Shown one piece after another: positions 13,450 through 28,110 of a stretch of 64,000 nt of DNA (within the stretch, counting starts at the first letter, position 1; every line of letters begins with the position of its first letter). Made by a program: the position numbers and the translations under genes. This DNA is from Lama glama (taxonomy: Eukaryota): assembly GCA_028534125.1 (NCBI GenBank), contig CM052818.1:37946001-38010000 (forward strand), written 5' to 3'. The notes below the pieces were generated by a model, which was not told the DNA's origin, did no database searches, and worked only from the letters and a program-made list of their open reading frames with translations.

Positions 13450-14960
13450 CCCTCTAGACTCAGAACCTTCCTTCAACTACAGCCTCAGAGAACTAAAAAG
13501 GGAAGTTTTTAGATGATGACATAATAGTCAAAAGTCACAAAACACACAAGAAAAGAAGGCACACTGTGAATGAGGACAGACAGAAACAACAGAACATAAG
13601 AGTCAGATGTGCAAGTACACTGTGGAAAGAGGAGACATTGAATATAAAATGAGTATGTTAATACACTTAACAGGAAAATTTTAATTGTAAGAAAATATAA
13701 AATGCCAGGTATATTTGGAAAAAATCCAAGTATGTCTTCCTAAAATGGAGAGTATAGTGTCAGAAGTTTTGAAAAATATATAAAATGGAAGGGTTTAAGG
13801 TAAATAAGACATGATCAAAGAAGCAATTGATGAAATCATCTAGAAAGTAGCACCAAGAGATGGGACACATGAGAAACAGATTTTGAAGACAGGATGAGAG
13901 TATCTATAATACAGCTAATTTGATTCCAGAATAAGTAAAGGGATGTATACAAGCTATGTTTTTAGAGATACTGACTGAGATTTGTCTAGAACTATTAACA
14001 GTTATGAATCAACGGCTTCATAGTTGGCTACCAAATTCCAAAGACAAGGAGATGTCTCCAGAAACAGCCATAGTAAAAGACAGATTACTTACAGAAGAAC
14101 AGATATGGGAATGACAGCTGATTTCTGAACTGCAACAATGAAAATCAGAACACTATATAATAAAACATACATTGTCTAATAAGCAGTACCAGTCAATGTA
14201 GAGTTGTGTACACAGTGAGTGTATCTTTCAAGAATGAGGTATAATAAACACATTTTCTGACAAACAAAAAGTGTGAATTTGCTGCCAACAGATCCTCTCA
14301 CACACTGCCGGTGGGAACGTAAATGGATGTGACCAATTTAGAAGACCCAGTCCAGTATACTTGGACATGCACGCATCTTCACATCCAAATTCCACTCCTA
14401 CACATGCTCCAAAGGAAAAACTCTTATGTGTGGGTGCCAAGAACAAACATGTATTGGAATAATCATATTGACAATAATGTAAATAAGCATCATATTAAAA
14501 TGGATAAAAATAAATTATAAAATATTAATGCAATGCAACAGTAGGGGTAAATCATAAACTGAAACAAAAAAGGCACAGAATATATATATTTGCACATATG
14601 TATGTATATATATATATAGTGTGATCTCATTTATATAAATTTTCACATGTATGGAAAGCTAAACAATGTATTATTTACAGACAGAAACATGTATGGTTAA
14701 AAAAATGAGAAGTATTAAAAGAGAAGAAGAAAATGAAGGGAGTGACAAACACAAAAATAAGGACAGTGTTCCCTGAATGGGGTGAGGAGTAAGGGAACGG
14801 GAAGGATTGTACCCCAGCCTCTCAAGTAATGACCCTCTTTTAAATGGGCCATCTTTTTTAGTGCATCTTCTACAATACACAAGTGTGCACTGCATTGTTA
14901 TCTTTTATATCTTACCTATATTTAAAAAAAAATTCCTATGTATCTACCCAACATTTAATT
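13450..14960 (+). mobile_element. Old L1 (L1ME-like): ORF1 remnant joined directly to the 3' end
   Basis: ORF1-like text to about 14295 ('gaatgacagctgatttctgaactgcaacaatgaaaatcagaa'), then 3'-region text ('actgccggtgggaacgtaaatgg', 'aattccactcctacac'). Confidence 0.7.
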
Positions 14961-14999
14961 TGACAAGTTAAAGAGAAAGAAATAAATCCACTCGCCATT

Positions 15000-15352
15000 C
15001 TCAGTTTTCTTCCTAATTGCCTGAACACAAGCTTCTCCTGCCTGGAGCACCACTCCCTCCTATTTTTGCCTGACTAGTAGTTTCACTTACCTTTTCTCTC
15101 AAAACCTTTTCATCAAACCCCTGGTGGGTATAAGAACTGCTTCTCTCCACTTCTCCCCCGAATACGTATATACACAACATCCTTTGTTCTCTCTGGGTGC
15201 AAACTGATCTTCACCATGTTTTCTTCCTTATGCTGAAGACACCTTTCTTCCATCTCTCCCAGCATGCTGGGAGCTCCTGTAAAGTGGGCATTTGCTTTTA
15301 CTGTGTATGCCCAGTGCCTGGCTCATAGTAGATGATCAATGAAATGTAAATG
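15000..15352 (+). mobile_element. LINE-2 3' end
   Basis: Ends 'cccagtgcctggctcatagtagatgatcaatgaaatgtaaatg'. Confidence 0.6.
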
Positions 15353-17169
15353 GACCATGACGTGAAAGTAAGACACGTCTCTTATATTCATCAGAGTCTC
15401 TCTGGTGGGGTGAAAACTGAACCAGGCCAGACCAAAGAGAAAGAAGAGGAGAATGAGCAAGTTAAAATCTGAAGTGACTGTGAATTCCATGAGGCTTATA
15501 AATGAGTCTGGTGTCACTTCTACAGTGACGGCTGGAAGGTCTTCCTGCCCTGTTAACATGCAAGAGCATCTCCGCTTCCAAGTCTTGGCTCCCGATGTGT
15601 GGAATGCCTTCCCTTTACTTCTCTTCCCTTCACACTCAACTCGTGTATGAAAGCACAACTTGATCCTCTCAAGACAGTTTTTCTCACACGTCGTCAGTGC
15701 TTATGAATCATTTGATTAGATTAAACAATCATGAAATGAGATTCAGCTGGTCACGATGTTTTCATAACTTTTGTCACCCCTGGAAAAGTAAAGAACACCC
15801 TGAGATAGGTAAGATATTTTGGGAGCCTGGCTCCTGTAAAAAAAATTCTCAAAGAAAATGTTTTTCACATAAAATAGAACAAAGCACATCAAGAATAATT
15901 TTGACTATGGATGAGTGATAAACAAAGGTCCAAGATTCTTAGAACTTGGCTCTCATGGAAGCTAAGATACTACCCTTGTTTGTACTTCCAGATGAGTCAG
16001 AACCAGTAACAGGCATTTCTAAGTGCGGTTCTCCAAGGGGTATCTTCCCTCAGCACCAAACAGAGAGTTTTTATTGAGCATCTAATATGCACTCAATTCT
16101 AAAGAACTAAGAATATAAAATCAACATAATGCTTTGCCTTAGGCCTCTGCAACGTAAAAATTATTTGGGGAGAAAACACTAAGACACCCACATGGCATTA
16201 AATCATATAAAGAGGCCATTCCATTCAGGTGCAAATATTACTGAGCATCTATGATGCATATAATACTCATATTCTGCTTGTCATTAAACATAATCAAGAC
16301 TGAAATAAGTGGTAAAATCTACTCTTAGAGATTTTGAGTGGCTATCAAGGCGTCTGTATTTTCTCTGCCTCTCATAGAACCTGCGGTGGTGCTCTGAACA
16401 GGCTCTGTGCTCAGTCAAGGCGTGTTTAGAGGACTGTGGCAGCTGTCTGTAGGTAGAAGTTGGTAAACAGTTTCTGATAGCTCAATGGCTTTGGAATTAC
16501 AAAGACATGGTTCTGTGTATATTTTATGTGTATTTAAGCAGACTATGGCTATTTCCTCCACGGTATTGCCGTCCGCCGTCTGCAGAACTCAGACTTCTTC
16601 CATCAGCCTGAACTCATATGTCGCTGGACTTGCTACTGGGCTGAGTCAGCATGAAGGAGACTCCCAGTCAGAACTGCCCTGTGAGCACCTGTCCACTGCC
16701 CACCACCAGCCATGCCCGGATCGCTATGCAAAGAGCGGCTTTAGGGCTGGGGGACCAAATGCGGGAAAACAGAAGGGCGGGGAGTGGGACATTCGCCTCT
16801 GGCTTCCTCAGAATGCATGAGGCTTAGAGAACAATCATGATGGGGTCCTTCAGCTCTCAATCACCTTTACTACAGAAGACCCAGGCCCCTGATTCCTTCC
16901 TCTCCTGGGGTCTTATGCAGCCCCTTCCACTGAGCCATCAATTCAATTCCCTTTCATAATAACTCTCTCCCTTCAATGACTTCTACTGTTCCCGTGAGAT
17001 GAAAACTGATTTATTGCATCCTGAAAGATCTTGCTTCTCACAGACTCAATATTCTTCATTCAAAGCCTCTGTCTTTCAGCTTCATGCTCTTTTCCACCAG
17101 TGATGGAAAAATAAACAAAAGGCCAGGCATCTTTGGATATTTACCCCAAGGGCCAGGCAGGGGTTAGCA

Positions 17170-17350
17170 GTGCATAGGTGTTATCTCGTATCATCCTCAC
17201 GACACCGAGACACAGAATCCGCTGCTCCTGTTCTCTTTATTTGCAGATAAGGGATCTGAGTTTCAAAGAGATGACATGATTGCCCAAGCAATTGCGAATA
17301 AAACCAACCATTCAAACTTCCAACCAAATTGTATCAAACCCAATCTTGTT
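17170..17350 (-). mobile_element. MIR SINE fragment
   Basis: 'atcctcacgacacc...atttgcagataagggatctgagtttcaaagag...tgattgcccaag'. Confidence 0.6.
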
Positions 17351-19239
17351 TTGTTTACACGAGTCCTACCAGACCCCTTGTTCTTCTTGGAAAGTGGAAA
17401 CAGTGCCAATCTTGGATCAGGCAGATTTGACTCTCTTAAAGAAAGCTTAGAGAATTTTATTGTGAGAACTCCGCTGGGGAAGCAATCAATATTTTACAGG
17501 AAAAAAAAGTACACGTGCTTGTGTACATGCCCGTGCTAAATCTGAGTTTGCTATAAATTAGTCTCTTTATTTATTATTATAAATAATTAGAAAATATTTG
17601 TATGGATTGTTTTTTGAGGGTTTTAAGATTTTTTTCTTGTCCTTACATCCCTAGGAATTAAAAAAAAAGAGAATGGTCTCTTCAGTGTTCGTTTCTTTAG
17701 CAATCCTCAAAAGAAACATAAAATGTGACCCATACTTCTTCAGCCAAAACTAAATATAAAATCCGCCACCCTGCGCGGAGTAGTCCTTATGCTAACTCTT
17801 GGAAAGAAATAGCCCATTTCCTCTCAGTTCCATCTGGATCTTTCTATTCAGTGGAGATTAGTGGATTCAGATAATGAGTCACCCTGTCAGTGTCTAGTTA
17901 TTCAACAGCAGCAGAGTCAAAAAACAAAAAACAAAACCTTCCAGCTCTCCTTATAACAATTAAATTCCTTAGCTGAAGAACAAATTCAAGAGGCAGATAT
18001 AAAGTTACGAAAAAAAGATTTTTGTCCTTCCATTTAATATTAGGGATATTTTATGAGGTGTTATTCCAAAATGGCCACATTTAGATGGGCTCAGAGACAA
18101 CAGGGTGTCTACAAATCGGATTAGGCGTTTGCTACAGCAGTTGAATGAGATATTATGACCCGTCCTTTACGTACTTGGCCGCCCAATGCGTTGCATATGT
18201 GATTAATGTGTGTGAGTTGTGTAGGGATATGTTTGTTTACTAATTCTACCCATTTCCTTTTTTTTGGTATACAATGAGTGATGACAGTAAGATGATTGCT
18301 TATGGACTACAAGAAATCAGAGCCCCTAAAAACACAGGAATCCCAAACGTATGCCCTGCTTTTTTTTTCCCCCTATAATTTATTCCCTGAAGAATTAGAT
18401 TCAAAAGGAGAAAAAAGAAGAACCAGGGCATTTTTGAGTGCCTATGATTTACAGGAATAGCTCTCTTACATTGGCTGTAATAAGGTCATTCCAGGTGATG
18501 GAGCAGAGAGAAAGGAAGAAGGGGCAGGATCAGAAGAGCCACAAATGACATTTCGGGGTAGGTGTACTGGGGAGTCCAAGTGATGGCCCAGAAATAAGCA
18601 TATCCAGAAGGAAAAGATCACAGTGAAGCGTTGAGACAATCTGGAGACAAAGTGTCTGCAGATAAGAGAAAGTTTTATCTTTTTAAGCCTCGGGAACCTG
18701 GAAAAAATCTCTCAGTGTACAGCCCATGAGAATGCATGGTATAAAAAGATGGGAGCCTAGCACGTTAGTCTGCAGCACTTGCAAGAACCCTCAAGGCTCA
18801 AAGTCTCAGCAATTTTAATAAATGTTACATGTGCTAGGCTAAGAAGTTCAGAGTCAGTTTTTGGAAAGCTGAATGGTTAAAAAGGTAGTACTCATCTCCT
18901 AAGACAGGAGCACAGAGGATGAGCCTGGGATGCTGACACCAGAGGAATGGCTGAACTCATCCATCTTTGGATGTGGTCCTGGAAAGACTATTTCCAACAA
19001 AAGAAGCACATTCCCGAAGAACTGGGTTGGCTCCAAGAAGGCCAGACCGACACTGGCGGGGAAAGAAAGAGACCACGAGAGTTGTTTCCCACAGCCTTGG
19101 AAATGAAGAAAAGCCTTGGGTGTCTCATACTTCAAGGGTCTTCTCTGGTGGTGGGAAGTTCAGTGGATAACCTAAAAAAATGATGTTTGTTTATATAAGC
19201 CTCATATCAGGAAAAGTGCAATTGTATAGACATGGTTTC

Positions 19240-21390
19240 AGGATATTTAAAAAAGGAGAATATTTATCTACTCAGTCAGAGTTGAATGACCCATTGGTCA
19301 TGATGTATTGTTCATTTTATATATGGTTGAATTCAGTATGCTAATACTTTGTTTATAATATTTTCACCTTTGTCATGAAGAATATTGGTCTGCAGTTTTA
19401 TTTTCTTATAGTATCTTTGTTCCTTTTACTGGGATAACGCTGGCCGCAAAACATGAGTTGAGAAGTATCTCCTTCTTCAATTTTTCTGAAAACTTTTGTA
19501 AAATTGGCTGTATTTCTTCCTTAAATGGCCAGTAGAATTCACCGATGAATCTATCTGGGTATAGAATTTTCTGTGCAGGAAGATTTTTACTAGAAGTCAC
19601 ATGACTGGGAGGTTTACATAAAGCTGTTATATGTCTTTTTAAATTAGGTTTTCTAGTTTGAGTCATTGAAGGAATGTGCCCATCTCTTCTAAGCTGCAGA
19701 ATTCACTGGCATGAAGTAGTTCCAAATATTATCTTATCGACATTTTAATATGAGTAGAGTCAGTGCCAATGTCACCTCTCTCAGCTCCAATATTGACAGT
19801 TTCCTATTCTTTCTTTTACTTTTCTGATTAGTCTGGCTAAAGATTTGTCAATTTAAAAATTATTTTTGACGATGAGGAAAAATCATTTTGTTTCAATGCC
19901 TTTCTCTAATTTTTTTCTGTCTTCTAGTATACTGATACCTGCTTTAATATGAATTCCCTCCTTTCTCTTACTTATTCTGCATTTCATTTGCTCTCAGTTT
20001 CTTAAGGTTGAAGCTGAGGTCATTGGCTTGATACATTTCTCTGTTTTCCAATATACTCATTAACATTATAAATTCCCCTCTAACTATTGCTTAAGCTTTA
20101 CATATTTAGTTATTTATATAAATTTTGACATGTGCTTCCATTTGCTTTCAGGTCAAAATGTTTTATAATTTCTCTTTTGCTTCTTTTCTGACATGGTTTA
20201 TATAAAAGTATGGTATCCAATTTCCAAATATTTGGAGGTTTTTCCAGAGATCTTTCTATTTTTGAATACTAATTTAGTTTCCTTGCGGTCAGAGGCCATA
20301 TTTTGTATGACTTAAATATTTTAAATTAATTAGATCTATTTTAAAACCAGAATATGTATTTTTCCTGGTAAACGTCCTATGTGCACCTGAAAAGAGTGAG
20401 TATTCTGCTTTTGTTAGGTGGAGTGTTCTATAACGTTCGGATTGCTTGATTGTTGTCATGGGTTAATTTTATGCATCACCTTGACAGGGCTAAGGAATGT
20501 CTAGATAGCTGGTAAAACATTATGCATTTCTGGATATATCTGTGACAGTGCTTCTGGAAAACTTTTAAATCAGTAGACTGAGTAAAGAAGACGGCCTTTA
20601 CCTATGCAGGTGAGCATCGTCCAATCCACTGAAGTCTTAAATAGAACAAAAAGGTGAAGAAAGGACTAATGTGCTCTTTGTTTGAGCCAGGACATCCACT
20701 TACTCCTGTCCTTGGACATCAGAACTTCTGGTTCTTGGTGCTTTGGACTCAGAGTAGGACTTAAACCATTAGTTCCCCTGGTTCTCATGCCTTCGGGCTC
20801 AAACTGGGCTTTCCTGGGCCTCCATCTTAAAGATGGCAGATAATAAAACTCCCCCTAACTGTGTGAGCCAGTCACTCACAATAAATCTCAAATATATATA
20901 TAAAATACCTGTTATTTTCTCTGGAGAATCCTGACTAATACAATTGCATTTTTGAAGTATTTTATATACATAATGATTTTATTTTTACGTTTTTAGCTAC
21001 TGTTGAGGAAGGAATATTGAAATAATGTAATTCTAGCTTATCTATTCCTTCTTTCAGTTCTATCAAGTTTGCGTATGTACTTTGAAGCTCTATGTCTTTG
21101 GAACATAAACATTTGGGATTGTTATGACCTCTCAGTGAAATGATCCATCTACCATTATGAAATAACCATCTGTTTCCCTGATAATCTTTCCTTTCTCTGC
21201 AGTCAGCTTCATGTGATATTAACATAGCCACGACGGCTTTATTTTGATTGATGTTATCATGATATTCCTTTTTCTATTCTTTTATTTTTAACTTAGGTCA
21301 TTATATTTAAAGTGCATCTCTTTTGGGTCTTGCTTCTTTATTCAAACTGATCATCTCTGCCTTTTAATTGGTATTCTTAAATCATTTACA
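19240..21390 (-). mobile_element. L1 (L1M-type) ORF2 5' half, interrupted by an MLT2 LTR
   Basis: T-rich plus strand. The minus ORF 19406-19666 gives 'PDRFIGEFYWPFKEEIQPILQKF...EILLNSCFAASVI', a decayed L1 ORF2 'GPDGFTGEFYQTFKEE' motif. Endonuclease-like text in ORF 20962-21231. Confidence 0.9.
20454..20942 (+). mobile_element. MLT2-family (ERVL) solo LTR
   Basis: Termini 'tgtcatgggttaattttatg' and 'tctggagaatcctgactaataca'. 5-bp TSD attgt (20449-20453) / attgc (20943-20947). Confidence 0.9.
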
Positions 21391-24300
21391 TTCCTAAAGT
21401 CCAACGCTTTATGAAGATTATTTCATACACTTTATCTGCCTCTTGAATATGTGGAGGATACATTTGGTTTCTTTTGACTCCATCTGGACCAGATGTGGAA
21501 GTTGTTTTACTGGATTTTAATTACTTGTTACATTTCTATCTCAAACTCTAAGTCATTACTTTATTAAGAAAAAAAAGCCTTATTAATCTTTCTTGCACTT
21601 TTAACATTATTGGTACTTCAAAACTAGAACCTAAAAAGTGGCTATAATTGTGTGGCAAGTAATGGAATGAATGCATCAATTCATTCTTTTTTTCACCTGG
21701 GAGTATCAGTTGCAAATAAGTGCTTTATCCTGAGGTTAACTTCTCATTACAAGACCATACACGTCACCTGGGTTTGAAAGTGTGCTCCTATTTGATGGTC
21801 TGAGACTCTATTTTTAACTTGAAAGCCACATGGGAGGGAGGGAGATGGGTCAGGGTGAGACTTGGAATTGATCTGATGTCTTATTAAAGCAGATGTTTTA
21901 TTGAACGTACCATAGGAATTCCAGTGGGAGTGGGAGTGCATCACGTGCATATTTCATCAGGAGGTGAGAGAGAAAACTAGCGTCTGTAACTTGTCCAATT
22001 ACTTCTCTTATAGAATAAAGATGCTACTTTAAGCTGCATAAATGCTACTGATTCAATGCTGGAGAGAGAAAGAAAGGAATGTTTGACATGCACAGTCACT
22101 GCATTGGATTCTGAAATATGGTCTTCAGCTTTTCCAAATCCTAAATGCAGCAAAGTCTAGAATCTGATGAGCAACTTGGTCTCTCTCAATTAGTCAGGAT
22201 TTTAAAAACAGTAACATCAATTTTGAAACTCCCTTCAAAGAATCAAAAAGCAATTGATTCAAATTAAGTTAAAATTGCTTCTAATTTCTGAATTCAGGTA
22301 TTAAAATTAATTGAACTGGATCGATATTAATGCAGTAAACATGCTTTCAGTTTTTTTAATTAACAAATGTTTGTGCTCATTGTGGTATAACCAAATATAA
22401 GATGCTTGGGTTTATTCATTAAGCCTCAAGTCAAACTTTGCTGTAAATTTGGTACTAACTAGAAATTTTAAGGAGAGAAAAAAAGTAAACATTTCATATT
22501 TTGAAGAAGTTGTGGAAAAGACATTCTTAAAGAATCCTTTTTTTCTGAAAGAATAAAAAAGTGACTTTCCCTCCTTTAAAAAGTTTAAGAATTTGAGTGA
22601 AAGATGAAAAATGATTCTTCCTCCATCCACAGAAACCACAGGTGAAACAGAATAGTTTTGCCATTTTTGGAGCTGTAGAGTGAAACATGAGTTTCTAGAA
22701 GTAGATAATTCTATTCTGGTTGTTCAGTTAAAACAACTTAAGGGAAACATTTATAGATAGATAGATAAGAATACAGAGATACATGTGCATATATATGCTT
22801 GAAGTATTAGGAACTGGCTAGCAGATAGTTAAGCTGGTATAAGTCAAAGTGCGTGAAAAGTAAAATTATAATTGGACATCTTTTATCGCAAATGACTTAA
22901 AAGTAAGATTGGGTTCTGCAGAATATGAATCATCTGCGTACTTACATATTCCGTTACATCAACTTGGTGAACGACTGCCACTGCTGCTCTAGCATGTAAT
23001 TTATTAATAGTAATATTAAGCAATATTCCCTTGATTTCCATAACTGTAGTTTCTCGGGACAGTGTGATGCCATGAATAAGCTAGGATAATGGTGCTTGTC
23101 ATTTGTATTCATCACTTTGGAAGCTGTTCTCAAAATAGAACTTCTGGAAATAGTTACCATGTCTGATTTTGTGTTCAAGAAGTTGTTATGAGTTTAAGAA
23201 ATTCCTGCCCTCTTATGAACCACAGTCTGTTGGTCTCTTACCAGCAACTCTGAAGTTTACCTGAACCAGGTTTTTAAGGGACTCTTCCCAAAGTCTTGAA
23301 ATTACCCAAAGGCACACAGTGACTTCCCTGGGGTGACGCTGCACTGCAAGAAACAGTCTCCCACCCAGCCGTACAGACTGGCTGTAGAGTTTACACGCAA
23401 GAATCTCTCCGAGTTTCTTCCCTTGAGGGATGTTTTTTCAGGTTTTGCTTTAAGCACATCATACTGGTCCCTTCCATTTAAAGGCCATGGCCTCCCACCA
23501 TGGTATGATAGCACATCACAGGGGAGAGAAGTGACATTCAGAGGGCAGCTCTTGAATGAGGAGGACCGGCGGAACAGTTGCAGGAAGGGTAGTTTACAAA
23601 TGTCGAAGATAATTATTCCCCAGGCCATAAAATCCAGGTAAATAGAGAGCATAAATCTTGTCTTTCTAGCACTGAAAGTTTTATTGTGTTTCCCCCTAGT
23701 TATTGCAAATCAAATTTTCACTGGAATCCCGTCGGGAGTGTGGCTCTCGCTAATTTTTGAGCTTGAGAATTATCAGGGAACAAAATCATTGTATTGCTTT
23801 TGGACTCAAATGCAAATAGAGTATGAATATGGAAGAGGCATTTCAGTACAATGAGAAAGTATGTTTCTTTTCAGCTTGAAAAACAATCTACAAGAAGACA
23901 TATTTCTCCCCAAACATTAAGAAACGACTGAGCTAAGTTGCAAAATACCTTCTCTACTTAGGTTGCCAGAACATGAAAAATTGCAGAGCTTCCAGGCCCT
24001 GAGCCAACCTTATTCAAGACTCAGAGAAAAAAATTAAAAAAACAAAAAAACAGTCTGGGTACGTTCTCAGTGTAAACTCCCACGGGAGCCTGTTACCATG
24101 CACCTCTGAAGAGAGCATGCCTCTGCACCCTCGTCTCCCCTTGCTGTCATTCTGTCTTCAGCAAAATGCACTCCAAGTTTAAAATGCCACCTCCACCTTC
24201 CCTTCATTCAGCTCCCTCAGGTCATCCGTAAAGACTGCATCTACACACTGTGTATACACTCATTTCCTCAACAGGCTCGAATCAAGTGGTCAGTTTTATC

Positions 24301-24694
24301 AATTAGAAAACAAATTAGACATCAGATGCATCGTATGATTGAATTGATGAGGTCTGAATCAACCAACGATTTTGCAACAACGCTGGCTTTCTCTCTGTGC
24401 TTTGTCTCAGATACTTTTCATCTGTTGAAAAGCCAGTATATTAACATGAACAAACCAGAGGGCTCTGGCTGAAATGCTGGTGGAGACTGTTAAGCCAGAC
24501 CTCCTCCAACCCCCACCCAAGAGCTTCCCTTCTGATCAATATTGCTATAAAATTGAAACTTCTCTAAAAAAAAGAGTCTATTAAAAAACAAACTGCTCCT
24601 AAAATAATAGAAATATTTGGAATACATAATAAAACAAATTTTTTCAAATAATCTTTTCTCTGTAAATACTGTTCTGATTTTTAACATTTTCCAT

Positions 24695-24932
24695 TGTTTT
24701 AAATTGTGGTAAAATATACATAACAAAATTTACCATTTTAACCATTTTTAAGTGTGCAGTTCTGTGGAATTAAGTACATTCACATTGTTGTGCAACCATT
24801 ATCATACCCATCTCCAGAAGTTTTTAATCTTCCCCAAATGGAACTCTGTACCCACTAAGCACTAACTGTCCATTCATCGTCCCCCAGCCTCGGGCAACCA
24901 CCTTCTACTTTCTGTCTTTATGAATCTGACCA
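24695..24932 (-). mobile_element. L1 3'-end fragment (L1MB-like)
   Basis: 'aattgtggtaaaatatacataacaaaatttaccattttaaccatttttaagtgtgcagttc...cattcacattgttgtgcaacca...ggcaaccaccttctactttctgtc'. Confidence 0.9.
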
Positions 24933-26639
24933 CATCCGAGCCATAAAACACACTTTAATAAAAAGAGAGAGAGAGAGAAAAGAGATAAAAAGAAAAAAAG
25001 AAGTAACCGTATTCTGCCAGCATGAAAAGACTTAGTTATTCATTCAAAAATCAAAGTAGAGGAGATATGACTTAAAGATTCTAGGAAGTTATTATGTGAC
25101 TATTGTAAATGTAATGGAGCTTTATACAATGTCTGTATTCTAATAATGGACGATATTATGCCCACATTTTTCACCTTTCTCCTCTCTAAATTCTCATCTT
25201 GCTTTTATTTCTGTACCTCACTGCCCTCTCCCCCCATGTATTTCTCAAATATCTCAGAGCGTATCTCTTGCAAAAAGCCTGGCACAGGTACAATTATCTG
25301 CCTACCCTGATTTGCCTTCTTTATTCTACAAACACGCATTGATGACTACACATGACAAGGTGCTGTGTAAGTAATCAGGGTTAAGAGCTATGACTTGTTT
25401 GACATACATTGAGAAACATGATTTCTCATATACATATTCACACTAATGGTTTAATGTGTGTTCACCCTTTTTGGTCTCCTCTGCAACGTCTCACTAAGAC
25501 TGGGGACTGAGTTAGTGCTCAGTGCATCCTTACTGATGGTTAATAGTATGTTTGCTCAGCATATGTGCACACGCCACCTCTCTAGTAAACAGACAGCACA
25601 CTGTTGTCAACTGTGTAGAAAACCTAGTGGGTTAACGTATGTGATACGAACAGAATGGTTTAGCTCTGAGGAACCATATTCATTACCAGACTAAGCACAA
25701 ACTTAGGCATCTGATTCCAAAACTCCTCGAAAGAGTCAGACGGCATATCGTGGTGACTTGCAGCAGGACCTGCGTCTTTAGCTGCTTTGGTCAGAGCTTG
25801 AATGACAGACAAGGACGCTCAAACCTGGTGCCCTCTGTGATGGCCACGATCTTTACTGCCCAACAGCAACCCCCACCAGCTAAGAGTAAATAACTCAGCA
25901 CTAGTACTCCTCTTCACAGAGATGGCCGGGTGTGTCCTGAACCCAACAGCTGGGTATGATGGAATGGGATAAAGGCATGAATATCTAAAATTCTACTCAC
26001 ATTTACTCATACACACACCTCCTAGAGAATCTGCAGGTGTCTGCCTGTCTCTCTTAGTCTCCTCTGCAGGGGATCCCCGGGGGGTACGTGTGCCTCTAGA
26101 AGTCAGAACAACTGGGCTGCCTTCACGTCTGCCACACTCAAGCTGTCTGAGTTTAGCTGCTATACTCTGCCAGTCTGAGAATTTGTTTCCTCTTGAAAAC
26201 GGGTTCAGTAAGCCTTTCTCATCTTTTTTGAGGTCGTGCAAAATTAAACGTGATAATGGATGTAAATCTTGATGACCTGTGCAGGTCTGTATGCACACAA
26301 GAGAAGTTGTTCCACATATTTCTATGAGGCAAAGACTTATAGCACGGGAATAATGGGTGTAAGATACTGCAGATTTTAAATAGTTTCCATTCTACCAACA
26401 TTTGATCTCCTAGACTTGTCTGAACAGTTCCCTCTCCAAAAAAAGCCCACATCACGAGGAGGGTTAGAGGAGTAGGTCATGGCAGGAAGCACACGAGAAC
26501 CCTAGAGATTTAAAGCGTGGGTGCACCTTGACAATAACCTGTGCAAAGATTCAGACACAGCTCTGTGCATACGTGTAACTGGTGTGCAAGAGTAGAGGGC
26601 GTTTATTGAGCACGTACAAGTGCTGGATGCTGTAAAGAT

Positions 26640-26870
26640 GGCAAATGTTTACTAGGCTCTCGTTGGTCTCAGGCACTATTCTAATCACTTTATACACAGT
26701 GATTCATTTAAATATAATGGCAATTCTAAGTCACTGACGTCAATACTCTATTTGGTACACGGATATCAAAGCACAGAGAAGTTGAGAAACTTGTCTGAGT
26801 TCCCTCAGCTAGAATGTGGCAGAGCCAGAATTCCAGACCAGGCACTTGCATTTCAGAAACTATGCTAAGC
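26640..26870 (-). mobile_element. MIR SINE
   Basis: 'caggcactattctaatcacttta...gattcatttaa...gcacagagaagttgagaaacttgtctgag...cagctagaatgtggcagagccagaattcc'. Confidence 0.75.
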
Positions 26871-27189
26871 GTTTTTCTGTTCCCAAGATAACAGCGAAGG
26901 AAAGCAGAAGCCTGGCTGAGTGAGCAACGGCTAGAAGGATCTGTGAAGCAGCAGCTGTGTGCATTTCCATCTTCTGCTCTAAACCCTCAGAGCAGGTAGT
27001 TACAGCCCAGAGAAAGAAATTCTTAGAAAAGTACCAGGATTTTCCTGAAGAGAAGGGAAGATTGGTAGTGACACAGCAAACAGGGATGTCAAGGGCGTCC
27101 AGCACTAAATTTACAAGAGGGAGCAGAAGCCCTTTTGCCCTGGTAAACAGGACTAGCTCAGGTAAAGGAGCTTAAAGAGATACATAAGA

Positions 27190-28110
27190 AGTCATCTGAG
27201 GACAAGCTTGAAAACAGAATGACAACACAGATTACAGGCTATAATTCAGAATAAATATAGAGGTCAACATTTAAAAAACAAATAAAATAAATATCTAAAG
27301 AACCAGGATAGAATGCAGTGATGACATTAGCAGTAAGCCGTTACCTAGAAGAAGCAGATAGAGTTACTGGATATAATAACATAAATATATTTTTAAAAAC
27401 ACAAGAGATAGATAATTAACAGAACTGATAGAGCCACAAATTAAATTAGTGAACAGGAAGATGAGATCCAGGAACTTACTTAGGAGGCATTAGAAAGTCA
27501 GTAACTAATGGAAAACATTAAAGAGAAGTTAATAAACACAGGTAATAAAAATCACAGTGCCATCAACCATCTGTAACAGTACCAGAAAGGAAGAATATTT
27601 TCTTCTCGATAAGTGAAGAGGTAGAAAGATGTAAAATAATAATTCACCAGAATTTCCCAGGATTTAAAAATATGAACACCTAAGATAAAGGACCTTAGAA
27701 TATACAAAACAGTACAGATAAAGGAAGCCCCACACATATGTGCATTATAGGAAAATTTAAGAAAATATTGTAAACAGTTCCAGGGAGTGAAGTTACGTTA
27801 AAGACAAAAAGATACAGATTGCTAGCAACTTTTTCAGTATCAACACTAGAAGCAAGATGACAGAAGGCAAACATTTCGAAAATGTTGAAGGACAAGTACT
27901 TCAACTCTATCTCTACCTTTAGAAAGAAAAAAAATTAGAGTGCAGATGATTCCTGAGTAATAAAGCAAGAAAGCCCTTTTCTGAAAAGAATTCTATTTTA
28001 AGAAATGAATTCTAGAAGGTGCTATGTGAAATTTGCAAAATAAATGTAATCAAATACCTTAGTAAGTTTAATATTTTCTAAAAATGAAGAATATGATGAA
28101 ACCTTACAGG
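27190..28110 (+). mobile_element. Old L1/HAL1-like ORF1 remnant
   Basis: A-rich. 'aaattagtgaacaggaagat' and 'cagattgctagcaactttttcagtatcaacactagaagcaagatgacagaagg' resemble L1 ORF1. Confidence 0.65.
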
